A stretch of DNA of 64,000 nucleotides, taken from IMG/VR virus record IMGVR_UViG_3300031555_001562; one strand, 5' to 3'. The notes under the pieces are model-generated. The model saw only the letters and a list, made by a program, of their open reading frames with translations, was not told the origin of the DNA and ran no database searches. A program made the position numbers and the translations under genes. Shown here one piece after another: positions 54,215 through 64,000 of the stretch (its first letter is position 1; every line of letters begins with the position of its first letter). Source of the DNA: a virus. Its lineage: Duplodnaviria > Caudoviricetes.

Positions 54215-55846
54215 ATGCCAGACAATGCTTCTGCTTCCTCTGCTCCTAAGAAGAGAGGGAGACATCCTAAGAATAAAGCAGCGGAAGTGAATACTTCTCA
54301 GGAAGTAACAAATGAATTTTGCACAATGAACAGTTCATTGGCATATACCTATAGCTATTTTGGCTTAAACATTTTTGATCTATATTCTCAAGAACAATTG
54401 GCAGATCTTGTCCGGGATCCAATTGCCAATAATGAAATTTTGAGAGAATTGTCTATGATCCTATATGGAACAAATGGTGCTTTCACAAATACTGTTGACT
54501 ATATGACTGCAATGCCTACCCTAGATAAAGTCATTGTGACACACGGAAGAAGCAAGAACAAGAAGAAACAGAATAAGGAACTTATGGAATCAGTGTTGCG
54601 CACTATCCGTGATAAGGAAGTTATTCGTGATGCTCTGTTCCGTGGAATGATCGAGGGACTGGCATTTTACTATTTTGAGACAACAACTACCCCGGCATCC
54701 AGGCAGAAGTTCATGACCGACTATGATGTTGATAGCGTCATGGAGATCAATGAACTTGGCGTGAATGCAAGTATTGTTTCTCTGCCGACAAAGTATACGA
54801 AGATTGTCGGAAGAAAGAATTCTTCATATGTCATTGCTTTCAATCTGGATTACTTTGATATTGCTGATGGTGAATCAAGAGAGAAGAAACTTCGCAAGTA
54901 TCCAAAGGAAATCCGTGAAGCATATGAGCGTCGTGATAAGGAAGTAACGAACGGAAACTGGGTAGTCCTTGATAGCTCAAAGACAATTGTTCATAAGATT
55001 CGTTCCAAGAGAGAAGAACCTTATGGCAGACCTATCGTTCTTGCAGCTATTAGTGACATTCTGTATGGAGACTATTTCACACAGACAAAGCGCAATGTTC
55101 TTGACGAGATCAACAACAGAATCGTGTATATGACTTTCCCTGAAGGTAAAGAAAAGGGTACTTCTGCACTAACCAAAACACAGCAGGAGAAGCAGCATAA
55201 TGCTGTTAAAGGCGCTGTAATGAACAAGAATAATCGTGGCGGAATTTCTTTCTTCTCTGTTGCTTCAGGAACAAAGATCAGTGCGATTGATACACAGAAT
55301 ACAGATATCTTTGATGATAAGTATGAATCCAATCTGAATGACAAAATCTCATTGGATCTTGGTATTGCCGGATCATTGTTGAATGGTGTCGGTAGCGGTA
55401 CATATTCTGCCCAGCAAAATAACTTGGAGTTGCTATCAGCACAGCTATTCCAGTGGATCGAACAGATCTCAGCTGAACTGAATAAGTGCATTTCTGCAAA
55501 CATCATCAAGGATAGTAAGAATTGGGTTGAGTGCAAGTATCTGCCTATCACTCATGTCAACAAGAAAGAAATGGTTGGCTACATGAAAGACTTGTGGCTA
55601 CAGGCTGGTGGTTCTATGTCTGCCTACATTGCATCTTGCGGCATTTCTCCCGATGCTTATTATGCCTTGCTTGACGAAGAAATTGAGAATGGCATTTACG
55701 AGAAGTATAAGCCCCATGCGACATCATATACGATGTCTGGTGAAGAAAACGCTGGTGGAAGACCTGAAACTGATAATCCTACGGAGAATACCGTGAAGTC
55801 TCAGGCCAACAACGGAAATTCAATTCCGTCCCCATCTGACAAGTAA
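54215..55846 (+). CDS. Portal protein
   Basis: Follows terminase; size; C-terminal GGRP motif. Confidence 0.75.
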   Translation: MPDNASASSAPKKRGRHPKNKAAEVNTSQEVTNEFCTMNSSLAYTYSYFGLNIFDLYSQEQLADLVRDPIANNEILRELSMILYGTNGAFTNTVDYMTAMPTLDKVIVTHGRSKNKKKQNKELMESVLRTIRDKEVIRDALFRGMIEGLAFYYFETTTTPASRQKFMTDYDVDSVMEINELGVNASIVSLPTKYTKIVGRKNSSYVIAFNLDYFDIADGESREKKLRKYPKEIREAYERRDKEVTNGNWVVLDSSKTIVHKIRSKREEPYGRPIVLAAISDILYGDYFTQTKRNVLDEINNRIVYMTFPEGKEKGTSALTKTQQEKQHNAVKGAVMNKNNRGGISFFSVASGTKISAIDTQNTDIFDDKYESNLNDKISLDLGIAGSLLNGVGSGTYSAQQNNLELLSAQLFQWIEQISAELNKCISANIIKDSKNWVECKYLPITHVNKKEMVGYMKDLWLQAGGSMSAYIASCGISPDAYYALLDEEIENGIYEKYKPHATSYTMSGEENAGGRPETDNPTENTVKSQANNGNSIPSPSDK

Positions 55847-55872
55847 ACAAAAATCGTGGAGTGATTTTGAAT

Positions 55873-56046
55873 ATGAATAGTTTTGATATTGAATATCAAA
55901 CTCAATGGAGAGCTGAAGTGGATTTCCTACATTCTGTTGGAATTCGTTATGCTTTTGTAAAAAGAGTAAATGGTATTCCAACTTATAAGTACACTAAAAA
56001 CGGTGAGTTGTTCAAGCAACTTGCCATTTTTTATAGCAAAAGATAA
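55873..56046 (+). CDS. Small hypothetical protein
   Basis: Resembles 59715-59903 in size and character. Confidence 0.55.
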   Translation: MNSFDIEYQTQWRAEVDFLHSVGIRYAFVKRVNGIPTYKYTKNGELFKQLAIFYSKR

Positions 56047-56077
56047 GTGTGCTGAGTGATTAACAGGAGTGATTACA

Positions 56078-56818
56078 ATGTCTAAAAGAAAAACTCATGC
56101 TCAATTTATGAGCGAATTAGAATTGATTAGCCCAGATATTGAATTATGTGAACAGTATCGTAATAAGCGGACTAAAGTTCATTGTCGTTGTAAAGTGGAT
56201 CATCATGAGTGGCATGCATTTCCATCTAATTTGTTAGCTGGTAGAGGTTGTCCCAAATGTAATGGTGGTTCATTTATTGGAAATAAGGAATTCCTTAAAC
56301 GCTTGAATGATATTCATAAAGGTAAAATTATATCTCTCGATGAATATAAGGGTAATCAGGTAAATATCCGATTCCAATGTACAGTATGCGATCATACGTG
56401 GACTGCAATGCCACATAATGTGATAAACCACTCGCAAACTGGCTGTCCTCTTTGCAAAGCTTCAAAAGGTGAAAAGAGAATTCAAAAGTATTTGGAAGAT
56501 AACCTTTTTGAGTTTGACTCACAAAAGAGTTTTGATGGTTTGTTTGGTGTTGGTGGTGGCCTGTTGAGGTATGATTTCTTTGTGCCAAAACACAACTTAC
56601 TTATTGAATATCATGGGATTCAACATGAAAAACCAATAGACTTTGATGGATTTGGTGTAGAAGATTCTATAGAACGATTTAACAATCTCGTTGAGCATGA
56701 TGGTAGAAAAGTTGATTTTGCCAACCGAAATAATATCGATCTACTTGTTATTTGGTATTATGATTTTGACAAAATCGATCAAATTCTAGCCGATAATTTA
56801 CGGCAAAATTTATTATAA
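56078..56818 (+). CDS. Putative homing endonuclease (repeated Zn-binding units plus PD-(D/E)xK-like domain)
   Basis: Two C..(D)H.W...GCP.C repeats, SKGEKRI, YDF, IEYHG.QH, D..K; AT-rich insertion in the head module. Confidence 0.75.
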   Translation: MSKRKTHAQFMSELELISPDIELCEQYRNKRTKVHCRCKVDHHEWHAFPSNLLAGRGCPKCNGGSFIGNKEFLKRLNDIHKGKIISLDEYKGNQVNIRFQCTVCDHTWTAMPHNVINHSQTGCPLCKASKGEKRIQKYLEDNLFEFDSQKSFDGLFGVGGGLLRYDFFVPKHNLLIEYHGIQHEKPIDFDGFGVEDSIERFNNLVEHDGRKVDFANRNNIDLLVIWYYDFDKIDQILADNLRQNLL

Positions 56819-56821
56819 CAG

Positions 56822-56850
56822 GAGAACCGTCTTATTGATGGTTCTCTTTT
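56822..56850 (+). terminator. Intrinsic terminator
   Basis: GAGAACCGTC/GATGGTTCTC stem followed by a T run. Confidence 0.7.
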
Positions 56851-56885
56851 TATATACAACTACACACGAAAGGCGGTGAAAAAGT

Positions 56886-58085
56886 ATGAAACTGTTTGAA
56901 ATTTCTAGCAAGCGTAATAAAAATGGTCGCCGGAAGTTCAAAGCTATTTTATACAGAATCTTTCCTGATTCTTGTGTGGATGAAAACAATCAAGTTGGCA
57001 CTATGTACAACAAAAACGGCATTACATGGCTAAGAGAGTATTGTGAAAAGGCTCTGCCAAGTATCAAAGGAATGAGCCTTCGTTGTGAATTTACTGACGA
57101 TGAACGAACCGAACTTTTGGGTCATGGAGACACTGACATCATTGATGGAACTCCTGTTTTTGAAGATGCGGTTGTTATCGGTACATTTACCAATGGCTAC
57201 ATAGACGATATTGAAACAGAGGAAGGCGTTATCACTGTTTGTATTGGCGAAGGTGAAATCGATGCTCAATGCTATCACAATTTTGTTTCTAAGTTGGACG
57301 AAGATATTTCTAAAGGTATATATCCAAGTGGTAGTGTTGAAATAATGCGAACAGAAGACAACGATGGAATTGTGTACAAATACGGTTATGTAGACAATGG
57401 CAGAATTCCATGTGAGTTTATTCATTCTGGCTATGCTTTGTTGGGTATTACACCAGCTGATGATAATGCTAAGTTGATTGAACTAAACGAAAAAAACAAG
57501 GAGGATTCAGAAAAAATGACTGAAAATGAAATCAAGGCTATTGTTGAGCAGACTGTTTCTACGCTGTCCGCTCATGTTGCCGAACTGAATCAGTGCAAGG
57601 CTGATTGCGAAACTAAGATTGCAGAGGCTAATGAACAGGTTGCCACTGTTACTGCTGAAAAGAATGAACTACAGGCTAGTTCTGAAGCAATTCAGAAGGC
57701 TCTGGATGAGGCTCGTGAAGAGCTGTCTGAGAAGTACAAGGAAATTGATGCCCTGTACGAAGAGCTGAACGAACTGCGTGAAGAACTGGGCAAGGCCAAG
57801 GCTCGTGAGCGTGTTGGCGAGATGAATTCTGCTATTGCTTCTTTCTCTGATGAGGAAAAGGCTTATGCAAAGGATGAAATCGCTGCTTTCGAGGCCAATC
57901 CTGTCGAGTCTGAGATCAATTCTGTCGTGAACAAGATCTGGGAAGGCATTGGCAAGAAGGCCAAGGCAGATGCTGACGCTGCTGCCGCAGCCGTTGTTGC
58001 AGAACAGAACTCCGCAGTCGAAGTCGAAGATATTTTCAGCGAGGTTGTTATCGCTTCAACCCCCGAAGATACTAATATTTTTTAA
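56886..58085 (+). CDS. Prohead protease / scaffold
   Basis: GHG, SVEI and ALLG..PAD, then a long acidic coiled coil; precedes capsid genes. Confidence 0.7.
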   Translation: MKLFEISSKRNKNGRRKFKAILYRIFPDSCVDENNQVGTMYNKNGITWLREYCEKALPSIKGMSLRCEFTDDERTELLGHGDTDIIDGTPVFEDAVVIGTFTNGYIDDIETEEGVITVCIGEGEIDAQCYHNFVSKLDEDISKGIYPSGSVEIMRTEDNDGIVYKYGYVDNGRIPCEFIHSGYALLGITPADDNAKLIELNEKNKEDSEKMTENEIKAIVEQTVSTLSAHVAELNQCKADCETKIAEANEQVATVTAEKNELQASSEAIQKALDEAREELSEKYKEIDALYEELNELREELGKAKARERVGEMNSAIASFSDEEKAYAKDEIAAFEANPVESEINSVVNKIWEGIGKKAKADADAAAAAVVAEQNSAVEVEDIFSEVVIASTPEDTNIF

Positions 58086-58108
58086 TTAAAGAAAGGTGGA
58101 AATAGACC

Positions 58109-58510
58109 ATGATTAAGGTTGAAACTCTGGGCATGCTGGATATCGCTAAGATCAATCCCGTGCTGAAGTCTGAAGAAGACGTGAAGAATTACAGCTTCCT
58201 AACCGCCGATGGCATCCTGTATCTGATCTCCAACACTGTTGTTGGCGATGACGCTTATCTGAAGGATGTCGTGATTCCTGCTGGCGATTTCCTGAATGGT
58301 TATCAGGTTGACGCATGGGTTGGTCAGAAGCTGGTTATCGATGGCAAGCACATCGAGGGCGGCGTTGCTGCTCTGAATGTTGGCGATGCACTGGTGGTTG
58401 CCGAAGACGGCGGCCTGAAGGCTGGTGCTGCCGCTGGCGTGCATTTTGTCGTTACTGACAAGACCACTCTGACCGAGGCCGCTGTTAAGGCTCGTGTGGC
58501 TGTGGCCTAA
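58109..58510 (+). CDS. Capsid decoration protein (putative)
   Basis: Position; strongly biased codon usage. Confidence 0.55.
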   Translation: MIKVETLGMLDIAKINPVLKSEEDVKNYSFLTADGILYLISNTVVGDDAYLKDVVIPAGDFLNGYQVDAWVGQKLVIDGKHIEGGVAALNVGDALVVAEDGGLKAGAAAGVHFVVTDKTTLTEAAVKARVAVA

Positions 58511-58536
58511 TTTTACGAAAGAGAGGTTAACATAAC

Positions 58537-59643
58537 ATGAATACTACTTACGAACTGAATAATCTGCGTAAGGATGCCGATATGTTCAGCGGCAAGTTCA
58601 CCAAGAACTCACCCGTTGTTGAAATCTTCTCCGCTATGGTCAATGGCGAGGAAGTTTCTAAGTTTGGCGCTAAGGCTGACAAGGCCGTTGCTTACATTAA
58701 GGAACTGGGTTCTCGTTCTGAAAACGGCGATCCCGTTGCTATCTCTGAGCTGAACACTCTGAGACGTTTCGCTATCGAGACTCCTGTTATGCAGGAGCTG
58801 AAGCTGCTGGGTATCTTTGGTTCTTACCAGCACGTCGGCTACGATGAGACCATCGAGCGTGAAATCTACACTCACTCTGGTGAGCGTTCTCGTGAACAGG
58901 CTGCTTCTGGTGATGTCGTGTTCCCCGTCACCACTAAGGAGAGATACACTGTTCCTACCTACACTGTCTCCGGCGGTTACGCTGTTGACTACCGTAGAGT
59001 TGCCCTGGGTGACATGAGCAAGGAAAATGAAGGTATCAACCAGGTCAAGATTGACATCCGTAACCGTGCGCTGCTGTCTATCGTGAACCGCATCTACAAG
59101 GCTCTTCAGGACGCTACTGGCGTGAAGTTCATGGTTGAGGAAGCTGGTCTGACAAAGACTGCTATCGACGATGTTCTGACTAAGGTTCGTCGGATGGGTA
59201 AGCCCACCGTCATCGGTGACTACGCCCTGATTTCTCAGTTCACTCCTTGGGCTGGTTACGTTGGCTCTGTCAACGGCAACACCATCACTGGTGTTTCTGA
59301 GAAGGTCATGAACGAGCTGGCTGCTAACGGCGCTCTGGCTCAGTACAACGGCGCTATCCTGTCTGAGATGCCCAACCCCTATGACCTGTACAACCTGAAT
59401 GAAGCTGGCGACAACTTCAAGACTCTGCTGCCCGCTGGTCTGGGCTTTGTTATCCCCACTGGCGCTCAGTCTCCCATCGCTACTTATTCTCGTGGCGGTC
59501 TGACTTCTTTCACTGGTAACAACGTCAAGAACGGTAAGATTGAGACTCGTTTCGATCTGGAAATCGGTTGCGACATTGCCAAGGGTCAGGAGTACAAGAT
59601 TGGTGTCATTTACGATACCAATGTTGGTGGTCTGGCTGTCTAA
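58537..59643 (+). CDS. Major capsid protein
   Basis: 368 aa; position; strongly biased codons; followed by a terminator. Confidence 0.78.
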   Translation: MNTTYELNNLRKDADMFSGKFTKNSPVVEIFSAMVNGEEVSKFGAKADKAVAYIKELGSRSENGDPVAISELNTLRRFAIETPVMQELKLLGIFGSYQHVGYDETIEREIYTHSGERSREQAASGDVVFPVTTKERYTVPTYTVSGGYAVDYRRVALGDMSKENEGINQVKIDIRNRALLSIVNRIYKALQDATGVKFMVEEAGLTKTAIDDVLTKVRRMGKPTVIGDYALISQFTPWAGYVGSVNGNTITGVSEKVMNELAANGALAQYNGAILSEMPNPYDLYNLNEAGDNFKTLLPAGLGFVIPTGAQSPIATYSRGGLTSFTGNNVKNGKIETRFDLEIGCDIAKGQEYKIGVIYDTNVGGLAV

Positions 59644-59657
59644 TAGCTAAAATTATT

Positions 59658-59694
59658 GAGACATCCTATCAGAAATGGTAGGGTGTCTCTTTTT
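59658..59694 (+). terminator. Intrinsic terminator after capsid gene
   Basis: GAGACATCCTATC/GGTAGGGTGTCTC stem followed by a T run. Confidence 0.8.
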
Positions 59695-59714
59695 AGCAAT
59701 GCAGGAGAAATGAT

Positions 59715-59903
59715 ATGGAAAACAAAGAATTTTTCTATTGCTATTCATTAAGACTGTTCCATTATATCTCTGCATTTAGAGAAGAATGTTTGGCATCCAA
59801 GATTAACAAGTTGAGTGGCAAAAGATATTGGGTTTTCAAGAAGTCTGATCGATTGGATAAGATCATCGACTCTTATAACCGAGTGAAATATGAATTTAGT
59901 TGA
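59715..59903 (+). CDS. Small hypothetical protein
   Basis: GGAG RBS; FFYCYS...YWVF. Confidence 0.6.
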   Translation: MENKEFFYCYSLRLFHYISAFREECLASKINKLSGKRYWVFKKSDRLDKIIDSYNRVKYEFS

Positions 59904-59936
59904 AATCATCAAAAATAGTTGAAATGAGGAATTGAC

Positions 59937-60416
59937 ATGGCAGAAAAGAATGTTCAGGAAGAACTGGATCTTGACAAGAAAGTAACTGTGCGAAACATTG
60001 CCGGTTGGAATGTTGGCTTTGCACGCAGAGTTGACGGCTATGGTGATGTTACCATTGCCCCAAATGGCAGCATTAAGCTGAGTAGAAACGAGATCATTGC
60101 TCAGATTCAGAATGGCAATAAGCTGTTCTCCGGTATTGATGGACGTGGTACTCACGCAACGTTGTATATCGACGATGCTCCCACTCGTGTTGAGGTGGAG
60201 TTTGATGCTCCAAGAAAGAAGCAGACCGTGTTTGCACACGAAGATCTTGGCAAGTTATTCGAACATGCTAAGACAGAGTTTGAAAGCGAATTTGTTCGAA
60301 TTATTCATACTCGTGCTGAAAAATATGCGATCATGGAGTATATGCGCAAGGCCGGTGTGAACGATTATTCAAAGATTCGGTTTGCAGAACAGCACACAGG
60401 ATATAAATTTCAGTAA
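59937..60416 (+). CDS. Hypothetical virion-module protein
   Basis: Position. Confidence 0.6.
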   Translation: MAEKNVQEELDLDKKVTVRNIAGWNVGFARRVDGYGDVTIAPNGSIKLSRNEIIAQIQNGNKLFSGIDGRGTHATLYIDDAPTRVEVEFDAPRKKQTVFAHEDLGKLFEHAKTEFESEFVRIIHTRAEKYAIMEYMRKAGVNDYSKIRFAEQHTGYKFQ

Positions 60417-60430
60417 TTAGGTGAATTCGA

Positions 60431-60823
60431 ATGGATAATACACAGGCAAGAGAAGTATTTGACAGCTTTGAAGCCTCATTCCAAGATAAGAGTATTATTC
60501 CTGAAGGATTAGAACTTGAATGGTTACGAAAGGCCGTCGCACGGTATTCCGTTGAGCTGGATCCAATTGAGTTCAATGATACAGAAATGTGCTTTACAAA
60601 GAAACTCGACAGATATGTAATCGATACTCTGGCTGCTTTTATGAAGCAATCGTATCAGGAAAGAGAAGTTTCAAAAGTGAATAAGCGTGTTTCTATCGTC
60701 GGTAAAGACATTAGTATCGACGGAAATAATGGTTCAAAGACCGCAGCTAGATCAGAATTGGAATACGACGATGCAAAATCTGCCCAGATGATCCATAACC
60801 AAATGCCGACTGCATACGTGTAA
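60431..60823 (+). CDS. Putative head-tail adaptor
   Basis: Position and size. Confidence 0.5.
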   Translation: MDNTQAREVFDSFEASFQDKSIIPEGLELEWLRKAVARYSVELDPIEFNDTEMCFTKKLDRYVIDTLAAFMKQSYQEREVSKVNKRVSIVGKDISIDGNNGSKTAARSELEYDDAKSAQMIHNQMPTAYV

Positions 60824-60834
60824 GGCGGTGTATT

Positions 60835-61902
60835 ATGGCACAAGAATGGTATCTTTTGAAGAGTCCGCACAGTCAGTTGAGCGGATATGAAACAGAGGCT
60901 TTGAATGATTTTGCAGAAGAGGGATTCCTGGAGGCTCTTGACTCTGGAATTGCGGTGGATGTAGAACTGTGCAATTATGATCTATCTGATTGCAAACAAA
61001 TCCGGGCTATCGTAGAACATACAGTCCAGGATACCAAATTGAAAACACTGACTCGTCTGTTGCTTGTGCCTATTGGAACATGCAAGGCCGGAATGTACGT
61101 AAAGTACAAAAACAGATTTTGGCTTATTACTGGACTCGTTGATGATAATACGATGTACGAGAAAGCTGTCATGCAGATCTGCAACTATTATTTGACATGG
61201 GTCAACGATGACGGAAAGATTGTCCAGAGATGGGCAAACATTACGTCAGCCTCACAGTATAACAACGGTGAGACAAGCACTGAGAATTACAGTGTGAGAA
61301 GCGATCAGCTGATGATTCTTACTCCGGACGATGATGAATGCTTGCTTCTCGATCAGGGAAAGCGGTTTATCATCGATCAGCGGTGCAAAGTGTATGAAAA
61401 GCACTTTGACGCTACTGTTGAGAAAGATACTAGCAAACCAGTTATGGTTTATCAGCTGACAAGAGCCGACTCTGTTCTGTTTGACTACCAAGATAGTGGT
61501 CATTATGAATTCATGGTATACCAGGACGAACAACGAGAACAAGATGGCTACTACGTCATTGATGGTAAGGGATATTGGCTGTGCGAGAACGTAAAGTATG
61601 ATGGTATAGCAGGACTGTTATCTTGCGCAATTGAGTGTGAATCCGCAGAAATCTACGATGGACTTGAAGCTGGCGAATTTGTCGCAAAGTTCTATGATTC
61701 TGACGGCAACACTGTTGCAGCAGATCCTACATGGAACATCTCTTGCGATTTCATTGATGATCTGGTTATTTCGTATGTTGAAGATACAATCCTGATTTCT
61801 GTTGATAATCCAAAATTGGTCAATAAATCATTTGAGCTATCTTTGAGCGGAAACGGATACGAACCAGTAACCATTTCAGTTACAATCAAAGCATTCTTAT
61901 AA
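60835..61902 (+). CDS. Putative head-closure/neck protein with Ig-like C-terminus
   Basis: Position; G.YV.Y....WLI motif. Confidence 0.5.
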   Translation: MAQEWYLLKSPHSQLSGYETEALNDFAEEGFLEALDSGIAVDVELCNYDLSDCKQIRAIVEHTVQDTKLKTLTRLLLVPIGTCKAGMYVKYKNRFWLITGLVDDNTMYEKAVMQICNYYLTWVNDDGKIVQRWANITSASQYNNGETSTENYSVRSDQLMILTPDDDECLLLDQGKRFIIDQRCKVYEKHFDATVEKDTSKPVMVYQLTRADSVLFDYQDSGHYEFMVYQDEQREQDGYYVIDGKGYWLCENVKYDGIAGLLSCAIECESAEIYDGLEAGEFVAKFYDSDGNTVAADPTWNISCDFIDDLVISYVEDTILISVDNPKLVNKSFELSLSGNGYEPVTISVTIKAFL

Positions 61903-61915
61903 GGAGGTCTAGGAC

Positions 61916-62404
61916 ATGGCAAAGAGAAAAACTACCGCAGAACGTGGTAAGTTCAAAACCGAGATCTCAACCGCACTCTATAAGAATGCCGACATTCGTG
62001 ATCTTATTTTGGGTGATACTGAAGGAATGAGTTCAAGGCAGATTCAAACTGCTTTCAAAGAACATGTGAAGTCTCACTTATTTATAGATGATACTATCAC
62101 GGAATCTACTAGCTACATCTTCTATGATGTGCGTTTCCCATATATGCATTCTAATGTGAAAACATGTCAGATTGTTATGTATGCCATTTGCCACAGAGAC
62201 ATTTTGGAAACATACTCTAAGGATGGATATTACGGTGATCGAGCAGATATTCTAGCTCAGATGATCGAAGACACGCTCATTAACGACGAGGACGTTGCTA
62301 ATAGCTTTGGCATTGGTAAATTGAATTTAGACGGCGTAGAGATTTACAATGCAACAAGATTCTATGGGTGCATTATGTACTTTAGTGTGCCTAACTTCCG
62401 GTAA
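61916..62404 (+). CDS. Putative tail terminator/neck protein
   Basis: Position. Confidence 0.45.
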   Translation: MAKRKTTAERGKFKTEISTALYKNADIRDLILGDTEGMSSRQIQTAFKEHVKSHLFIDDTITESTSYIFYDVRFPYMHSNVKTCQIVMYAICHRDILETYSKDGYYGDRADILAQMIEDTLINDEDVANSFGIGKLNLDGVEIYNATRFYGCIMYFSVPNFR

Positions 62405-62409
62405 TAAAA

Positions 62410-63198
62410 GTGCGATTTGATTACGGAACACAACTTAACCCCAATCCGATACCGCTGTCTATCGGAACATTGAAGAAACCAACGTTAAATGAAATCAGCG
62501 CATTGACGTTCGATAAGTTCAATATGTTCGAGGCGTTTTTGAAAATGACACCTGAGCAATTCTTCACGAAATTCAAAGAAGATGGTCAGGAATACTGGGA
62601 TTCTCTTACCGAGGAACGGCAAGATACAATTACCATGTATGATCTCTTGATGGACGATCCTGCCCTCCAGGATACATATGTAGAGATTTTTGACTTCTTC
62701 TTTGTTGAGCAAGTAATCTTCAAAGAGGGTTTATTTATCATTCTCAAGCAATCAATTGAGAAAGACGCTGATATCATTGCTGAGAATGTTCGTGGAGTGA
62801 TTCACGATAAGACTTTTACGCAGATTCTTGATCTTCTGCAACAGATATGCTGTATTCATGAAAAAGAAACGGCAATTGAAGACATGAAGTTCAAGAATAA
62901 CATGGCGAGAAAGTTATATGAAAAAATGCTAAAAGCGCAGAAGAAAGAAAGAGAGAATAAAAAGGCAGACATCAACATGTCTTTGCCCAATATTATATCT
63001 TCTGTTTCAAACGCACATCCATCAATCAATTTATTGAATGTGTGGGATTTGACTGTGTTTCAGTTGCTTGATTCATTCAACCGGCTACAAGTGAATTCCA
63101 TGTTTAAGATTGATTGTACTAGGGTGTCTGTTTGGGGAGATGAGAAGAAAACTTTCGATGCGGCGCTTTGGTATAAAAATCATTACGATTCGAAATGA
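62410..63198 (+). CDS. Hypothetical tail-module protein
   Basis: 262-aa ORF. Confidence 0.55.
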   Translation: MRFDYGTQLNPNPIPLSIGTLKKPTLNEISALTFDKFNMFEAFLKMTPEQFFTKFKEDGQEYWDSLTEERQDTITMYDLLMDDPALQDTYVEIFDFFFVEQVIFKEGLFIILKQSIEKDADIIAENVRGVIHDKTFTQILDLLQQICCIHEKETAIEDMKFKNNMARKLYEKMLKAQKKERENKKADINMSLPNIISSVSNAHPSINLLNVWDLTVFQLLDSFNRLQVNSMFKIDCTRVSVWGDEKKTFDAALWYKNHYDSK

Positions 63199-63249
63199 GC
63201 AGTCCACTTTTGAGTGGGCTGTTTTAACTTTTACAAGGAGGAAATAACT

Positions 63250-63999
63250 ATGCCCGAACTGAATAAGGCTAATAGACAGGTTTGCGACGTTGATATTCGT
63301 ATTCTGAAGACAATGGCTCCTTTCCTGAACTTTGATACCGCCAACACCACCACTGCTGGCCTGAGCGGTGATTCTGTTTACGCTATGGCTAAGGGTTCTC
63401 GTAGAATTGCATTTGCCAACCCCCTGGAAGGCACTATGTCTATCGAGGCTCAGGTCTATCCTTTCAAGTTCTTCGCTCTGCTGTCTGACGGCGAGATCGA
63501 GACTACCGCTGCTTACGCTGCTTCCCAGACTATTACCGCTACAGAGGCTGGTAAGCTGGCTATCGAGGTTAAGAACGGCACTATTACCGCTGGTACTGTG
63601 TTCGCTTATCCTGCTGATGCATTCGGTGATGAGGCTGCTCTGATTGAGGGTACTTTCGCTGATGGCACTTTCACTGCTACCACTGCTTCTGAAATTGCTG
63701 TCGGTACTGCTTATAAGGTTGGTTACATTGTGAACCGTACTGGTGTTAAGAAGATCACCTTCAACAATAAGAGACTGCCCAAGGATTACTTCATCACCAT
63801 GACCACCGTTGACAAGGACGAGGAAGGTATGCTGACTCCCTTTGTCATGACCGCTTACAAGGCTTCTATCCAGAGAAACTTTGAGCTGTCTTTCTCTTCT
63901 GAGGGTGATCCCGCTTCTGTCACTCTGACCTTCGACCTGATGGAAGACAAGGATGGCAACATCTTTGACATGGTTGAGCTGACTGAGGATGCCGAGTAA
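63250..63999 (+). CDS. Major tail (tube) protein
   Basis: AAGGAGG RBS; biased codons; FELSFSSEGDPASVTLTFDL. Confidence 0.7.
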   Translation: MPELNKANRQVCDVDIRILKTMAPFLNFDTANTTTAGLSGDSVYAMAKGSRRIAFANPLEGTMSIEAQVYPFKFFALLSDGEIETTAAYAASQTITATEAGKLAIEVKNGTITAGTVFAYPADAFGDEAALIEGTFADGTFTATTASEIAVGTAYKVGYIVNRTGVKKITFNNKRLPKDYFITMTTVDKDEEGMLTPFVMTAYKASIQRNFELSFSSEGDPASVTLTFDLMEDKDGNIFDMVELTEDAE

Positions 64000-64000
64000 T

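Overview
This window is part of a large, probably temperate phage of a Bacillota (clostridia-like) host, organised like SPbeta. It has two arms separated by a ~1.5 kb non-coding region (about 37.85-39.4 kb). The minus-strand arm (1-37.85 kb) holds accessory and regulatory genes: (1) a radical SAM/SPASM gene behind tandem NrdR-type boxes, followed by five different proteins that all begin MKxRxD(F/Y)VTNS(S/R)SSS; (2) a complete diversity-generating retroelement (RT, TR, Avd) with one adjacent and one remote target; (3) a 451-bp inversion that splits the adjacent target and a Pth2 gene and carries the target's promoter; (4) a five-gene NAD+ cluster (PncA, Prs-like, NAMPT-fold, NADAR, NadE) with no adenylyltransferase; (5) Thg1, an MrpR-like repressor, MazF, a tyrosine recombinase, a beta-clamp-like protein, SpoIIAB, an N-domain-less ClpC, a Bro-N protein and many small ORFs. 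The plus-strand arm (39.4-64 kb) holds a YonO-like single-subunit RNA polymerase, a candidate ~460-nt structured RNA, 10 tRNAs (one with a Sec-like 8/4 fold), a beta-CASP nuclease, a ClpP-like protease, HU and the terminase-portal-protease-capsid-neck-tail tube module. All calls come from motif recognition and manual alignment; no database searches were run.
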